A DNA stretch of 57,129 nt from Spirochaetota bacterium (GCA_020342115.1 CP070841.1:681331-738459), one strand, 5' to 3'; positions 18,527-28,118 are shown, numbered from the stretch's first letter. The notes: generated from the letters alone by a model not told the origin. A program made the numbers and translations.

Positions 18527-21500
18527 ATGCGAAAAATATTCGAATTCTTTGCCCGTCGCCACATCTTAGCTACGCTCTTTACCATTGGCATTATCATGCT
18601 AGGATTGAATTCGCTACGAACATTGAAGCGGGACCAGTTTCCCGAGGTTGATATCGGTGAAGTCATTGTCACCACTGCGTACCCAGGGGCGTCTCCGGAG
18701 GATGTCGAGCTCAATGTTACGAACAAGCTCGAAGATGAGCTGAAAAACATCAACGGCATAGACCGCATCACCTCTACTTCGATGGAAAACCTTTCTGTGA
18801 TAGATGTTGTCATCGACCCTGACGCCAAGGACAGTGATAAGGTCAAATCAGACATTAGAGAAGCTGTTGGCCGTGCGACAGATTTTCCTGAAGAGGTTAC
18901 AGAATCCCCACTAGTTACGGAAATCACCACTGCAATTTTCCCCATTATAGAGGTAGGTGTTACAGGTGATATTCCCTATAGAGAGCTCCGTGAGATTGCC
19001 AGACAGTTCGAGAAGAAGCTAAAAGAAGTACCGGGTGTTGCCAGCCTCGAAAAATATGGGTACAGAGCACGAGAAATCGCAGTGGAAGTCAACCCTCGAA
19101 GAATCGATCAATACCAGATTCCGCTCCGAGAAATCATACAGGCTATTAGGGCTCGAAATATACGTCTCACAGGTGGAACCTTCGAATCGTTTACCAGTGA
19201 AAAAAACGTCGTAACCCTTGCGCAGTTCAGAAAACCCGAAGAGGTGGGAGACGTAATCGTTCGGTCCACTTTTGAAGGGCCTCTCATCAGGGTTAAAGAC
19301 CTTGCTGTTATCAAAGACGACTTCGAGGAGGAGGAAATCATTTCTCGTTTGGAAGGGAGAGCGACAATCTCGTTCATCGTAAACAAAACGGAGAATGCCG
19401 ACATTATTCGAACAGTGGAGGCTATCAAAAAGCTTATTCGAGAGGAGAGCGGTAGAGGAAAACTGGCAGGTTATGTCGAGTTCGATGATGGATCACAGGT
19501 TAAAAAAGGAACCTTTGAGATGCTCATGAAACGCATAAAGGGCGAAAGTGTGGAGAAGAATATCTTCAGATACGGGTCCGTTCAGATAATCACCGCGAAC
19601 GATCTCTCTAAATATGTACGGGAGAGCTTCCAGATTGTTCTGACCAACCTGGCCATTGGTCTGGGCCTCGTCATTCTGATGCTCGCCATTTTCCTCAATC
19701 TGAGAATAGCTTTCTGGGTGGCCCTTGGAATTCCCTTCTCCATACTCGGTGTGTTTTTCCTCATGCCCCTCTTCGGTATATTCCTGGATACCATATCACT
19801 CGCTTCATTGATACTTGTCATAGGTATCATCGTGGATGATGGTATCATTATATCCGAGAACATCACCTTCAGGAGGCACTTGGGTGACTCTCCTGTGGAA
19901 GCCGCAGTAAACGGTGTGAACGAGGTTTTTTTCCCTGTGCTCACCACGGTACTCACGACCTTCCTCGCATTTGCACCGATGTTTTTTATTAAAGGCATGC
20001 TGGGCAAGTTTATCTTTGTCATTCCACTCACGGTGAGCCTTGCCCTTTTCATATCACTCTCAGAAGCGGCATTTGCGCTCCCTGCACATCTCAAAAGGGG
20101 GCTTGAGAGAGCTGCACTGAAACCACAGCGAAAGCTTATTCCACAGTGGTTCGAGGTTCTAAAAAGAGTCTACAACAGGATTGCACTGGGCTTTCTCAGG
20201 GCTCGATATCCTGTACTCGTGGTTTTTATAGGCATCATTGCAGCTGCCTTGTGGTACATGCGAACCCATATGGACTTCATCCTTTTCCCTTCAAAGGGGG
20301 CTGAGCGTTTTGCCATTTTCGTAGAGTGTCCCATGGGCACCTCCTTACAGGCCACAGCAGAGAAGGTAAAGGAGATTGAGGCAATTGTCGAAGAACTCCC
20401 CGACGATGAGCTCGATACCTATATAACCCGTGTAGGGGTTATCGGATGGGTTGGAAGGGGAGAGAATTATGCGCAAGTTTTTGTGGGGCTCACGCCCTTT
20501 TCAGGTAGGGAGAGAACAAGAACAGCCGATGAGATTATCGAGGAAATTAGACAAAAAACAAATATACTCGAAGGTTTTGAGAAGATAACCTTTGAGATAG
20601 ATGCAGGTGGTCCGCCGGTGGGAAAGGCCATCAGCCTTGGAATAATCGGGTATGATGATGAAATGCGAAGAGCCCTGAGTGATGAAATCGAAATATTCCT
20701 CTCAGGTATCGAAGGAGTGAAAGATATCGACCGGAACGACAAACTCGGTAAGGAACAGATCGAGATCAAGTTCAATTATAATAAACTTGCCCGTCTGGGA
20801 CTCACTGTTGCGGATGTAGCCCAGAATGTTCGAATTGCCTACGACGGTCAGGTTGTGACGTCTTTTCGGGATGGCGATGAAGATGTGAACTTCAGGGTAC
20901 TGATTTCCGAGAGAGCTAGAAAGGACACGAGGTATCTTCAAAACCTCTCCATACCCAATATACAGAACAGACTTATCAAGATGTATGAAGTTGCACTTCT
21001 GAAAACAGGTCCCGGCCCGAACGCTTACCATCACTTCGACGGCGAGCGAACTACCACAATCGCAGCCGATGTTGATACGGATATCACCACCTCACTCGAT
21101 GTCACAACTGCCCTGATGGCTCGATTCAGTAACATCGAAAAAGAATTTCCCGGCATACGACTCCGTATAGGGGGGGAAGCAGAAGAGAGCCGGGAATCTA
21201 TTATGAATATCATATTTTCTTTCTCTATAGCGGTTATCGGAATATACTTTCTCCTCGTTCTGCTGTTCAACTCATTCACCCAGCCGTTTCTGGTACTGAT
21301 TGCCGTACCGTTCGGTTTTGTGGGGGTTATTCTCGCCCTGGCGCTACACGGCGAGCCTCTCAGTTTTCTGGCAATGATTGGAGCAGTGGGTCTGGTCGGT
21401 GTGGTTGTGAACGATTCACTGGTGCTTGTGAACCATCTTAACGACCTGAGAAAACAGAATCCCGATATGCCGATTAGGGAACTCGTTGCATTAGGAGCTT

Positions 21501-21718
21501 CGAACCGCCTGAGGGCAATCGTTCTTACCACACTCACTACGGTGGTCGGGCTGCTTCCGCTGGCATATGGGATAGGTGGCACCAATCTTTACATGTCACC
21601 GATGGCTCTCGCCCTTGGCTACGGGCTTCTGTTTGCAACCCCGATTACACTTGTCCTCGTTCCCTGTCTGTACCAGATTTTCCAAGATATCGGCCGGGTG
21701 TTTAAAAGGAACCCATAG
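18527..21718 (+). CDS. RND-family efflux transporter permease (AcrB/CzcA superfamily)
   Basis: 1063 aa, 12-TM pattern with two large periplasmic loops. Typical N-terminus FFARRHILATLFTIGIIMLG. Confidence 0.9.
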   Translation: MRKIFEFFARRHILATLFTIGIIMLGLNSLRTLKRDQFPEVDIGEVIVTTAYPGASPEDVELNVTNKLEDELKNINGIDRITSTSMENLSVIDVVIDPDAKDSDKVKSDIREAVGRATDFPEEVTESPLVTEITTAIFPIIEVGVTGDIPYRELREIARQFEKKLKEVPGVASLEKYGYRAREIAVEVNPRRIDQYQIPLREIIQAIRARNIRLTGGTFESFTSEKNVVTLAQFRKPEEVGDVIVRSTFEGPLIRVKDLAVIKDDFEEEEIISRLEGRATISFIVNKTENADIIRTVEAIKKLIREESGRGKLAGYVEFDDGSQVKKGTFEMLMKRIKGESVEKNIFRYGSVQIITANDLSKYVRESFQIVLTNLAIGLGLVILMLAIFLNLRIAFWVALGIPFSILGVFFLMPLFGIFLDTISLASLILVIGIIVDDGIIISENITFRRHLGDSPVEAAVNGVNEVFFPVLTTVLTTFLAFAPMFFIKGMLGKFIFVIPLTVSLALFISLSEAAFALPAHLKRGLERAALKPQRKLIPQWFEVLKRVYNRIALGFLRARYPVLVVFIGIIAAALWYMRTHMDFILFPSKGAERFAIFVECPMGTSLQATAEKVKEIEAIVEELPDDELDTYITRVGVIGWVGRGENYAQVFVGLTPFSGRERTRTADEIIEEIRQKTNILEGFEKITFEIDAGGPPVGKAISLGIIGYDDEMRRALSDEIEIFLSGIEGVKDIDRNDKLGKEQIEIKFNYNKLARLGLTVADVAQNVRIAYDGQVVTSFRDGDEDVNFRVLISERARKDTRYLQNLSIPNIQNRLIKMYEVALLKTGPGPNAYHHFDGERTTTIAADVDTDITTSLDVTTALMARFSNIEKEFPGIRLRIGGEAEESRESIMNIIFSFSIAVIGIYFLLVLLFNSFTQPFLVLIAVPFGFVGVILALALHGEPLSFLAMIGAVGLVGVVVNDSLVLVNHLNDLRKQNPDMPIRELVALGASNRLRAIVLTTLTTVVGLLPLAYGIGGTNLYMSPMALALGYGLLFATPITLVLVPCLYQIFQDIGRVFKRNP

Positions 21719-21851
21719 AAAGCAGTAGCAAACGATAGGGTTTTTATAATCTAACGTACGTTATTTTCCTTTTGCTTCAAAGTAGCTGATCAATTATTGT
21801 CAACCAAAACTATATTATTTTATAATGACAACACGGGTATCCTCATTAAAT

Positions 21852-21885
21852 AAAAATGTGCAGACCTGATCCCCTCCTAACTCTA
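21852..21885 (+). repeat. dispersed repeat copy B
   Basis: AAAAATGTGCAGACCTGATCCCCTCCTAACTCTA. It differs from copy A by two single-nt insertions. Confidence 0.85.
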
Positions 21886-21909
21886 GTAGTGGTTTAATTC
21901 TTATTTTCT

Positions 21910-21954
21910 TGTCCGGAATACGTACTCACATATTCATTCAGCAGCGGGAAATAA
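21910..21954 (+). pseudogene. 45-nt 3'-end remnant of a polyferredoxin paralog
   Basis: Encodes CPEYVLTYSFSSGK-stop, against CPEDVIAYSFSSGK-stop at 16694-16738. 36 of 42 nt are identical over 21913-21954 vs 16697-16738. No upstream homology. Confidence 0.7.
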
Positions 21955-21967
21955 TTTCGGGTCATAT

Positions 21968-22414
21968 CTACCAGTGTCTTTTGCTGTTCAAGAATTCAGA
22001 TTTACCTTTCCTTTTTAGTATCCTTAAGTTCTTTATATGTCCATCATCATGGACAGGGCTTAAAAAGTCAAGCTTCTTACACTCCTCAAAAATATCACAT
22101 TCCCAGCATCCATCGATCTCCTTTTTCTGACAGCATTTTCTCATTTTACAAAATGGCGGGCCTCCTCCATCTTTACATCCTTTGTGACATCTGAATTTTA
22201 CCATTGCACCTAATACTTCGTAGCACTTATCATAATCTATAAATGCTTTGCCGAAACTAATTTCGGAGAGAAAACCAGCGAATTTCTTGTATTTTGACTG
22301 CCTGAGCTCTTTTCGCAAATCTCTTGCAAGATCAGGTATTTTTTGTTGATATCCGTGACAGTCAAGACAACATAATCCGCAATACGCAATCATGTTTTCA
22401 TCCTGTTTTGACAT
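21968..22414 (-). CDS. cysteine-rich DUF3795-like protein
   Basis: IAYCGLCCLDCHGY opening and further CxxC-type clusters (CHKGCKDGGGPPFCKMRKCC, CWECD). Confidence 0.6.
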   Translation of the reverse strand: MSKQDENMIAYCGLCCLDCHGYQQKIPDLARDLRKELRQSKYKKFAGFLSEISFGKAFIDYDKCYEVLGAMVKFRCHKGCKDGGGPPFCKMRKCCQKKEIDGCWECDIFEECKKLDFLSPVHDDGHIKNLRILKRKGKSEFLNSKRHW

Positions 22415-22440
22415 ATTCGTTACCTCACGTTTTTAAATAT

Positions 22441-22461
22441 GGGTGTCAGATCTTTACATTT
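22441..22461 (-). repeat. dispersed repeat copy D (inverted, degenerate)
   Basis: The reverse complement reads CAAATGTAAAGATCTGACACCC. A weaker copy E lies at about 22588-22606 (AAATATGTAGGCCTGATTC). Confidence 0.5.
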
Positions 22462-22738
22462 GACAAAATACCTTTGGTAAACCAAAACAGGTTCTAATAT
22501 TATAATCGATTTAAATATGGTAGCATTTAAGACTGATAACAATAAGTATATCCTATCAAATATTGATGCAAGATTATTAATATGTGAAATATGTAGGCCT
22601 GATTCAAATACTACGTATTTTCTTGCCAAAACCGGCTGGAAAATTTATAAATCAAGAAGATAGCCTGTCCATATTAGATTAATGGATATTACTCTTAATA
22701 CTATAAACGATATATAATCATATAAAGAGGATAGCGGC

Positions 22739-23680
22739 ATGTTAAAGTTCCCCATTCGTGTAGCTTCGATTGATGTGGGTTCAAATGCGCTTCGCTTTCT
22801 TGCAGTCGAGTATAAAAACCGGTCACATTTCAATGTTCTAAAACAAGATAGATACCAATTGAGGTTGGGGCATGATGTGTTTCTCCTGGGGAGGATGAAA
22901 GAGAAGACTATTGATTCTGCTGTTCAAGGTATAAAGATCTTTAAAAACTACCTCAAAGAATTCAGTATCAATAATTATAAAGCTGTTGCTACAAGTGCGG
23001 TCAGGGAAAGTCAAAATGGAGAGGAATTGATCAACCGGGCGAGAAAAGAGGTCGGAATAATCCTGGAAAAAATTTCAGGGTATGGAGAATTACAGTTTAT
23101 ATATATTTCAGTAAAAAACCGCTTTCGACTGAGGAATGAAAAATGGGTGCTTGCAGATATCGGAGGCGGCAGTGTTGACGTTTCATTGATCGATAAGAAA
23201 AAAATCCTCTGGAGCGAATCACTGAAGATTGGAGCGATTAGACTGTTACCAGAGCTCCATGCAGCCACAGAAGATCCTGAATATCTCAGAAGACACATTG
23301 AAAAACAGATTCAATCACTTCATATTCCAGCTCGGGCAGATAATAAAAAACCCGCAGGATTTATCGCTACAGGGGGAAACATAGAAACGATTGCAAGGCT
23401 ATTAAACCCATCAGATGGTATAAGCAGGGTTTCACTTAAAGATCTTAGAGAATTAACAAAAAAGCTCGAAAATCTCTCTTATCGTGATCGTATTCAAGAG
23501 TTTGATCTTGAAGATGACCGTGCCGATGTCATCCTGCCGGCTGCATGTGTATATGAAAGGCTGGCTATACTTTCGGGAGCAGAGGAAGTAATAATTCCAC
23601 ATGCAGAGCTACGAGAGGGAATTGTGCTTTATCTCATAGATAAACTCTGGCATAGGAAAAAAATGTGTGCTAGAGCCTGA
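22739..23680 (+). CDS. Ppx/GppA-family phosphatase (short, two-domain form)
   Basis: VASIDVGSNALRFLAVE ASKHA-fold phosphate-1 motif and ADIGGGSVDVS phosphate-2 motif. 313 aa. Confidence 0.8.
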   Translation: MLKFPIRVASIDVGSNALRFLAVEYKNRSHFNVLKQDRYQLRLGHDVFLLGRMKEKTIDSAVQGIKIFKNYLKEFSINNYKAVATSAVRESQNGEELINRARKEVGIILEKISGYGELQFIYISVKNRFRLRNEKWVLADIGGGSVDVSLIDKKKILWSESLKIGAIRLLPELHAATEDPEYLRRHIEKQIQSLHIPARADNKKPAGFIATGGNIETIARLLNPSDGISRVSLKDLRELTKKLENLSYRDRIQEFDLEDDRADVILPAACVYERLAILSGAEEVIIPHAELREGIVLYLIDKLWHRKKMCARA

Positions 23681-23840
23681 ACTTTCAATAGTAAAACACA
23701 TTATCCAGCTTCATGGTGGCAGTATAGATGTACAATCCGCACCTGATTCAGGTTCTACATTTATTATACTGCTTCCAATCTCAGTTCATCCAGATACCTT
23801 ATCAGAGACAAAACAAAGCCACCTATTTCAGGAATATTGA
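23670..23840 (+). pseudogene. C-terminal remnant of a histidine kinase (HATPase_c G2 box to stop)
   Basis: The frame open from 23640 translates to LEPELSIVKHIIQLHGGSIDVQSAPDSGSTFIILLPIS...stop. There is no start codon and no HisKA/N-box upstream. It abuts the Ppx stop. Confidence 0.75.
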
Positions 23841-24077
23841 AGGTTAGAGCTCCCCACCATATTTTTCAGCAGGTTACCTCTGAGTTCACCTCCCAAACTT
23901 ATTCCTGATAGACATTAACACCAAAACCTGGGTTTCTCACACTCAAATTTTTTATTAAATACTATGGATAAACTTTAAAATTGTGTTATATTATAGATTT
24001 GCTCTTAATCATATTGATAATAAGGATAATATCTATTATTACCCTTAATTAATTATAAAGAATAATAAGAAAATAAA

Positions 24078-25952
24078 TTGACAAAATTGCTGTTAAAATA
24101 CATTCTTATTCCTCTATTTGCCATATCTTTCACTACATGCAGTATAAACAGAGAGGATATTTTTTATCTTGTTTCAAATCCACCTTTGCCTGACATCGAG
24201 GTCGTAGGATATAGCTATGAAACCGGATACCACGATTTCGGATTTGTCGACCTGTATCAAACCGACTATAAAACCTTCACCATTATAAACAACGGAAGGG
24301 GAAAGCTCAGAATATATGGTATTAGCTTTGTTGAGGATGATACTGACGGATTTACACTCGACACTTCAGCGACAGCATCCATTGTGAACCCTGGAAATAG
24401 TACAATCTTCACCATAATGTACAAACCCACAGCCCTGATAAGCAACTCGGTAACTGTAATCATTTATTCCAACTCTCAGGATAAGAATCCTTATACATTT
24501 ACCATCAATGGAACAGGAACCGGAGAACCCATATTCCCTGATATCAATATAAGGCAGGGAACAGCAGACATCCCCATCGGAGGACTTACTGACTTCGGCA
24601 ATGTGCAGATTGGAAACTCGAGCTTAAAGGTCTTTACAATCGAAAACAAGCTTACGGGTGAATTGAGCATCCTCGATATCTCAGTTATTCCTGGAGGAGG
24701 TACCAGCATAGGAGAATTCAACCTGGTAACCCCTTCCATACCAACAAGTATCTCTGAAGATGAGAGCATAGAGTTTACAGTAATATTCAGCCCACAGGAC
24801 ATAGGGATCAAATCGGCCACCATAAGCATATTAAACGACGATCCTGACGAAAACCCGTATTCGTTCGGTGTTCAGGGAGAAGGGTCTCTGGCACCACAAC
24901 CTGATATCAACCTCAAGCAAGGTGCAAGCGATATTCCGGATGGATCTGGATCCTACCACTTTGGATATGTGCAGTGTGATTCATCCAGCCAACCAACAAC
25001 TTTTGTTATACAAAACACAGGCACAGCTTTTCTGAATATTACAAGTATTATGTTAACTGCCGGCAACTCTACTGAGTTCTCAATAGATACTTCAGCAACA
25101 ATTTTCACCCTTATACAGGGAGAGAACACGACTTTCACCATAAAATTTTTACCAAATTCCAGCCCTGGTTACAAGTGGGCAACAGTCACTATCGTCAACG
25201 ACGATCCTGACGAAGACCCTTACACCTTCACTATCGAAGGCGAAGCGGTTGCCGTGACTGTACCGGATATAGATGTGCAAGAAGTTACGCACAATTCTGA
25301 ATACGACTTTGGTCCTGTCATTCTGGGCAGCTCGAAGACCGAGCCATTCACTATTGCCAATACAGGAACTACAGATTTGAATATAGCTTCTATTGTTAAC
25401 TGTAATCCAGACAAGTTCACCCTCGATGCTTCGATGACGGCGCTTCTTGTTCCATCTGGTTTTATTACTACTTTTAATATTACTTTCACTCCTGTTGACC
25501 AAAAGTCCAAGACAGCAACGATAGAGATATATAGCGATGATCCAGATGAAAATCCATACAAGTTCAAGGTAGCTGCATACGGCACAGATGGCACTGAGCC
25601 TGATATCAATGTAAGGCAGGGAACCGTAAATTACCCTGATGGAAGCCAATTCTACTTCCCAGACATAGAAGTTGATGAAGAAAGTACTCCTGTTGTTTTT
25701 ACCATAGAGAATAATGGATCGGCTGATCTTGAAATTGAATCAATTCTGTTGGTATGGAAACATATTGGAGATTTCAAACTTGATTATGATCCAGATCACC
25801 TGATCATACAGCCCGGGGGAAGCATCCTTGTTACCACATGGTTTAGTCCCACAAAAACTGGATTAAGACAAACAAAGCTTCAGATGAGAAGCAATGATCC
25901 CAATGAGGACATATATGAGATAAAGCTTACAGGGAATGGTATAGAGGATTGA
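24078..25952 (+). CDS. probable lipoprotein with five choice-of-anchor-D/ASH-like beta-sandwich repeats
   Basis: TTG start. Signal plus Cys (LFAISFTTCS). Five units of about 110 aa, each opening PDI(E/N/D)(V/I/L) and closing (N/S)DDPDE(N/D)PY.F. Confidence 0.75.
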   Translation: MTKLLLKYILIPLFAISFTTCSINREDIFYLVSNPPLPDIEVVGYSYETGYHDFGFVDLYQTDYKTFTIINNGRGKLRIYGISFVEDDTDGFTLDTSATASIVNPGNSTIFTIMYKPTALISNSVTVIIYSNSQDKNPYTFTINGTGTGEPIFPDINIRQGTADIPIGGLTDFGNVQIGNSSLKVFTIENKLTGELSILDISVIPGGGTSIGEFNLVTPSIPTSISEDESIEFTVIFSPQDIGIKSATISILNDDPDENPYSFGVQGEGSLAPQPDINLKQGASDIPDGSGSYHFGYVQCDSSSQPTTFVIQNTGTAFLNITSIMLTAGNSTEFSIDTSATIFTLIQGENTTFTIKFLPNSSPGYKWATVTIVNDDPDEDPYTFTIEGEAVAVTVPDIDVQEVTHNSEYDFGPVILGSSKTEPFTIANTGTTDLNIASIVNCNPDKFTLDASMTALLVPSGFITTFNITFTPVDQKSKTATIEIYSDDPDENPYKFKVAAYGTDGTEPDINVRQGTVNYPDGSQFYFPDIEVDEESTPVVFTIENNGSADLEIESILLVWKHIGDFKLDYDPDHLIIQPGGSILVTTWFSPTKTGLRQTKLQMRSNDPNEDIYEIKLTGNGIED

Positions 25953-26228
25953 TGCAACTCCCATTGCTCACCAAATAATTCCTTATTAATTACGTCATCG
26001 TCCGAGCATTCTACAAGCCTAAACCTTTAATCAAAACATTGAAATATTCATCTCTTAGTAATTTATATCAGAGAGCAAGGTAAAAGAAAATTGATATCAT
26101 GAAGTCATCTCCTTCCCCTTAATCCTTTATACTTTTTTATTTCAATAAGATTTTTTTGATAAATAAAATAATTGCACTATATTTAATTAATGTACGCACA
26201 TAAATATAAATAAGCAATAAAACATATT

Positions 26229-28118
26229 ATGAATATAAAAGATAAATTAATATACCCCAAGATTCTCCTACTTCCTTTAGTAGCCATATTTCTCACTACC
26301 TGCAGTATAATTCGAGAGGATATCTACAGACTCGCATCTACCTCGCTAGATCCAATAATCGAGGTTGTTGGATATCCAAACGAAACGGGTTTTTTCGACT
26401 TCGGATCTGTCAATGTGTATACAAGCAGCTTCGCAAGCTTTACCATCATGAATTCCGGAGGAGGAATTCTTATGATTAAAGGCATCACCTTTGTAGAGGA
26501 TGATGTCGAATGGTTCACCATTGATAGTTCAACAATATCATCCGCTGTGATGTCGGGAAAAAGCACCGTATTTACAATAAAATTCAAACCCACCGACCTT
26601 GTAAGCAAATCGGCAACTGTTATCATACTATCAAACTGTAATACGGATAATCCATACACTTTTGTTATATCTGGAATCGGATCAGGAGTTCCATCATCTG
26701 TTCCCGATATTAACCTCAAGCAGGGGACAACAAACATCCCAGTTGGAGGGCTTGCTGACTTTGGAAATGTACAGATAGGCGACTCCAGCTCAAAGGTCTT
26801 TACAATAGAAAACCTTGATACAGGCGAGCTCAGCGTCTTTGATGTCTCTCTCAATCTCGGAGGGGGTACAATTACAGGGGAGTTCAGCCTCATCTGTCCG
26901 ACCATACCAACCTCTCTTGCGCAAGACGAAGATACACAATTTACAGTTGTATTCACTCCGAAGAGTACCGGAATTAAATCAGCAACAGTATCCATAGCAA
27001 ACGACGATCCCGATCCTCCTGAAAACCCGTATACATTTGGTATTCAGGGAGATGGAGTAGCATTACCAACACCTGATATAAATATCAAGCAGGGTGAAAA
27101 AGATCTTCCAAGCGGGTCTGGTTCTTACAACTTTGGCTATATACAGTGCGGGAGTTCAAGTCAGCCAGCCATTTTTGCAATAGAGAATACCGGCACAGCG
27201 ACTTTGAATATAACCAGCGTAACGCTCACTGCAGGTTTCACAACCCAGTTCTCTATTGATACAAGCGGAATGGATTTAGCCGTTGATCCAGGCAGCAACA
27301 CTACATTCAAAATTACATTTTCACCACAATTGCCTGAAGAGTTCAAGTGGGCAACGGTCACGATCGTCAACGATGATACAGATGAAGATCCTTATACATT
27401 CAATGTTGAAGGGTGGGGGGTTATCGAAACTGTGCCTGATATTAATGTGCTTGAGGTCGCATATAACTCAGATTTCGATTTTGGACCAGTGCCTATGGGG
27501 GACTCAAAGACAGAGATATTCACAATTGAAAACACCGGCACCGGAGATCTTAACTTAACATCTATCGAAAACAAGGATCCAGATAAGTTCATGCTGGAAG
27601 ATTCAATGACAGTGTTCTTTCTCCTCCCAGGGGATACCACTATCTTTGAAATAATCTTTACCCCAATTGAAACAAAAAGCAAAGATGCAAGGATCGAGAT
27701 TTACTGTGACGACCCTGATGAAAACCCTTACAAGTTCGATGTATTTGCTTACGGCTCTTATGGCAGCGATCCCGATATTAATGTAAAACAGGGAACTGTG
27801 AGCTACATGCATGGAAGCGAATTCTATTTTCCAGACACAATGGTTGGTCAAAGCAGTGAACCTGTCGTATTTACAGTGGAAAACAACGGCACAGCTGATC
27901 TTGAGATTCAGTCCATTTTGCTTACAGGTGGTAATTGGGAAGATTTCTCTCTTGATTACGACCTGTATGAGCTTACATTGCTCCCTGGAGCAAGTATAAT
28001 GTTTACTACATGGTTTGTGCCTACAAAAGATGGAAAGAGAGAAACAAAGATACAGATAGTGAGCAACGATCCCGACGAGGAAAGACTTTGGGTGAAGCTA
28101 ATAGGGCTAGGGATATAA
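26229..28118 (+). CDS. paralogous five-repeat choice-of-anchor-D-like lipoprotein
   Basis: ATG start and signal LVAIFLTTCS. Collinear with 24078-25952, sharing the same repeat borders and motifs. Confidence 0.75.
   Translation: MNIKDKLIYPKILLLPLVAIFLTTCSIIREDIYRLASTSLDPIIEVVGYPNETGFFDFGSVNVYTSSFASFTIMNSGGGILMIKGITFVEDDVEWFTIDSSTISSAVMSGKSTVFTIKFKPTDLVSKSATVIILSNCNTDNPYTFVISGIGSGVPSSVPDINLKQGTTNIPVGGLADFGNVQIGDSSSKVFTIENLDTGELSVFDVSLNLGGGTITGEFSLICPTIPTSLAQDEDTQFTVVFTPKSTGIKSATVSIANDDPDPPENPYTFGIQGDGVALPTPDINIKQGEKDLPSGSGSYNFGYIQCGSSSQPAIFAIENTGTATLNITSVTLTAGFTTQFSIDTSGMDLAVDPGSNTTFKITFSPQLPEEFKWATVTIVNDDTDEDPYTFNVEGWGVIETVPDINVLEVAYNSDFDFGPVPMGDSKTEIFTIENTGTGDLNLTSIENKDPDKFMLEDSMTVFFLLPGDTTIFEIIFTPIETKSKDARIEIYCDDPDENPYKFDVFAYGSYGSDPDINVKQGTVSYMHGSEFYFPDTMVGQSSEPVVFTVENNGTADLEIQSILLTGGNWEDFSLDYDLYELTLLPGASIMFTTWFVPTKDGKRETKIQIVSNDPDEERLWVKLIGLGI

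Noticed and set aside
18454-21585. Several 100-184-aa minus-strand ORFs inside the RND gene (18454-18945, 19582-20094, 20702-21034, 21031-21585).
   Set aside because: They are antisense shadows of a 1063-aa transporter gene. Their Ser/Ile/Arg-rich translations are typical of reverse-frame artefacts.
22420-22833. ORFs of 69 aa (22420-22629) and 62 aa (22645-22833) between DUF3795 and Ppx.
   Set aside because: They have no RBS and very AT-rich, low-complexity translations. One is generated by the dispersed repeat (FVKCKDLTP), and the second overlaps the Ppx start.
26324-26995. 223-aa ORF antisense to the second repeat lipoprotein. Similar antisense ORFs occur at 24491-24829, 25149-25649 and 27392-27682.
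   Set aside because: These are shadow ORFs inside a confidently coding gene. They have no RBS, low-complexity translations and no motif. The sense frame carries the repeat architecture.
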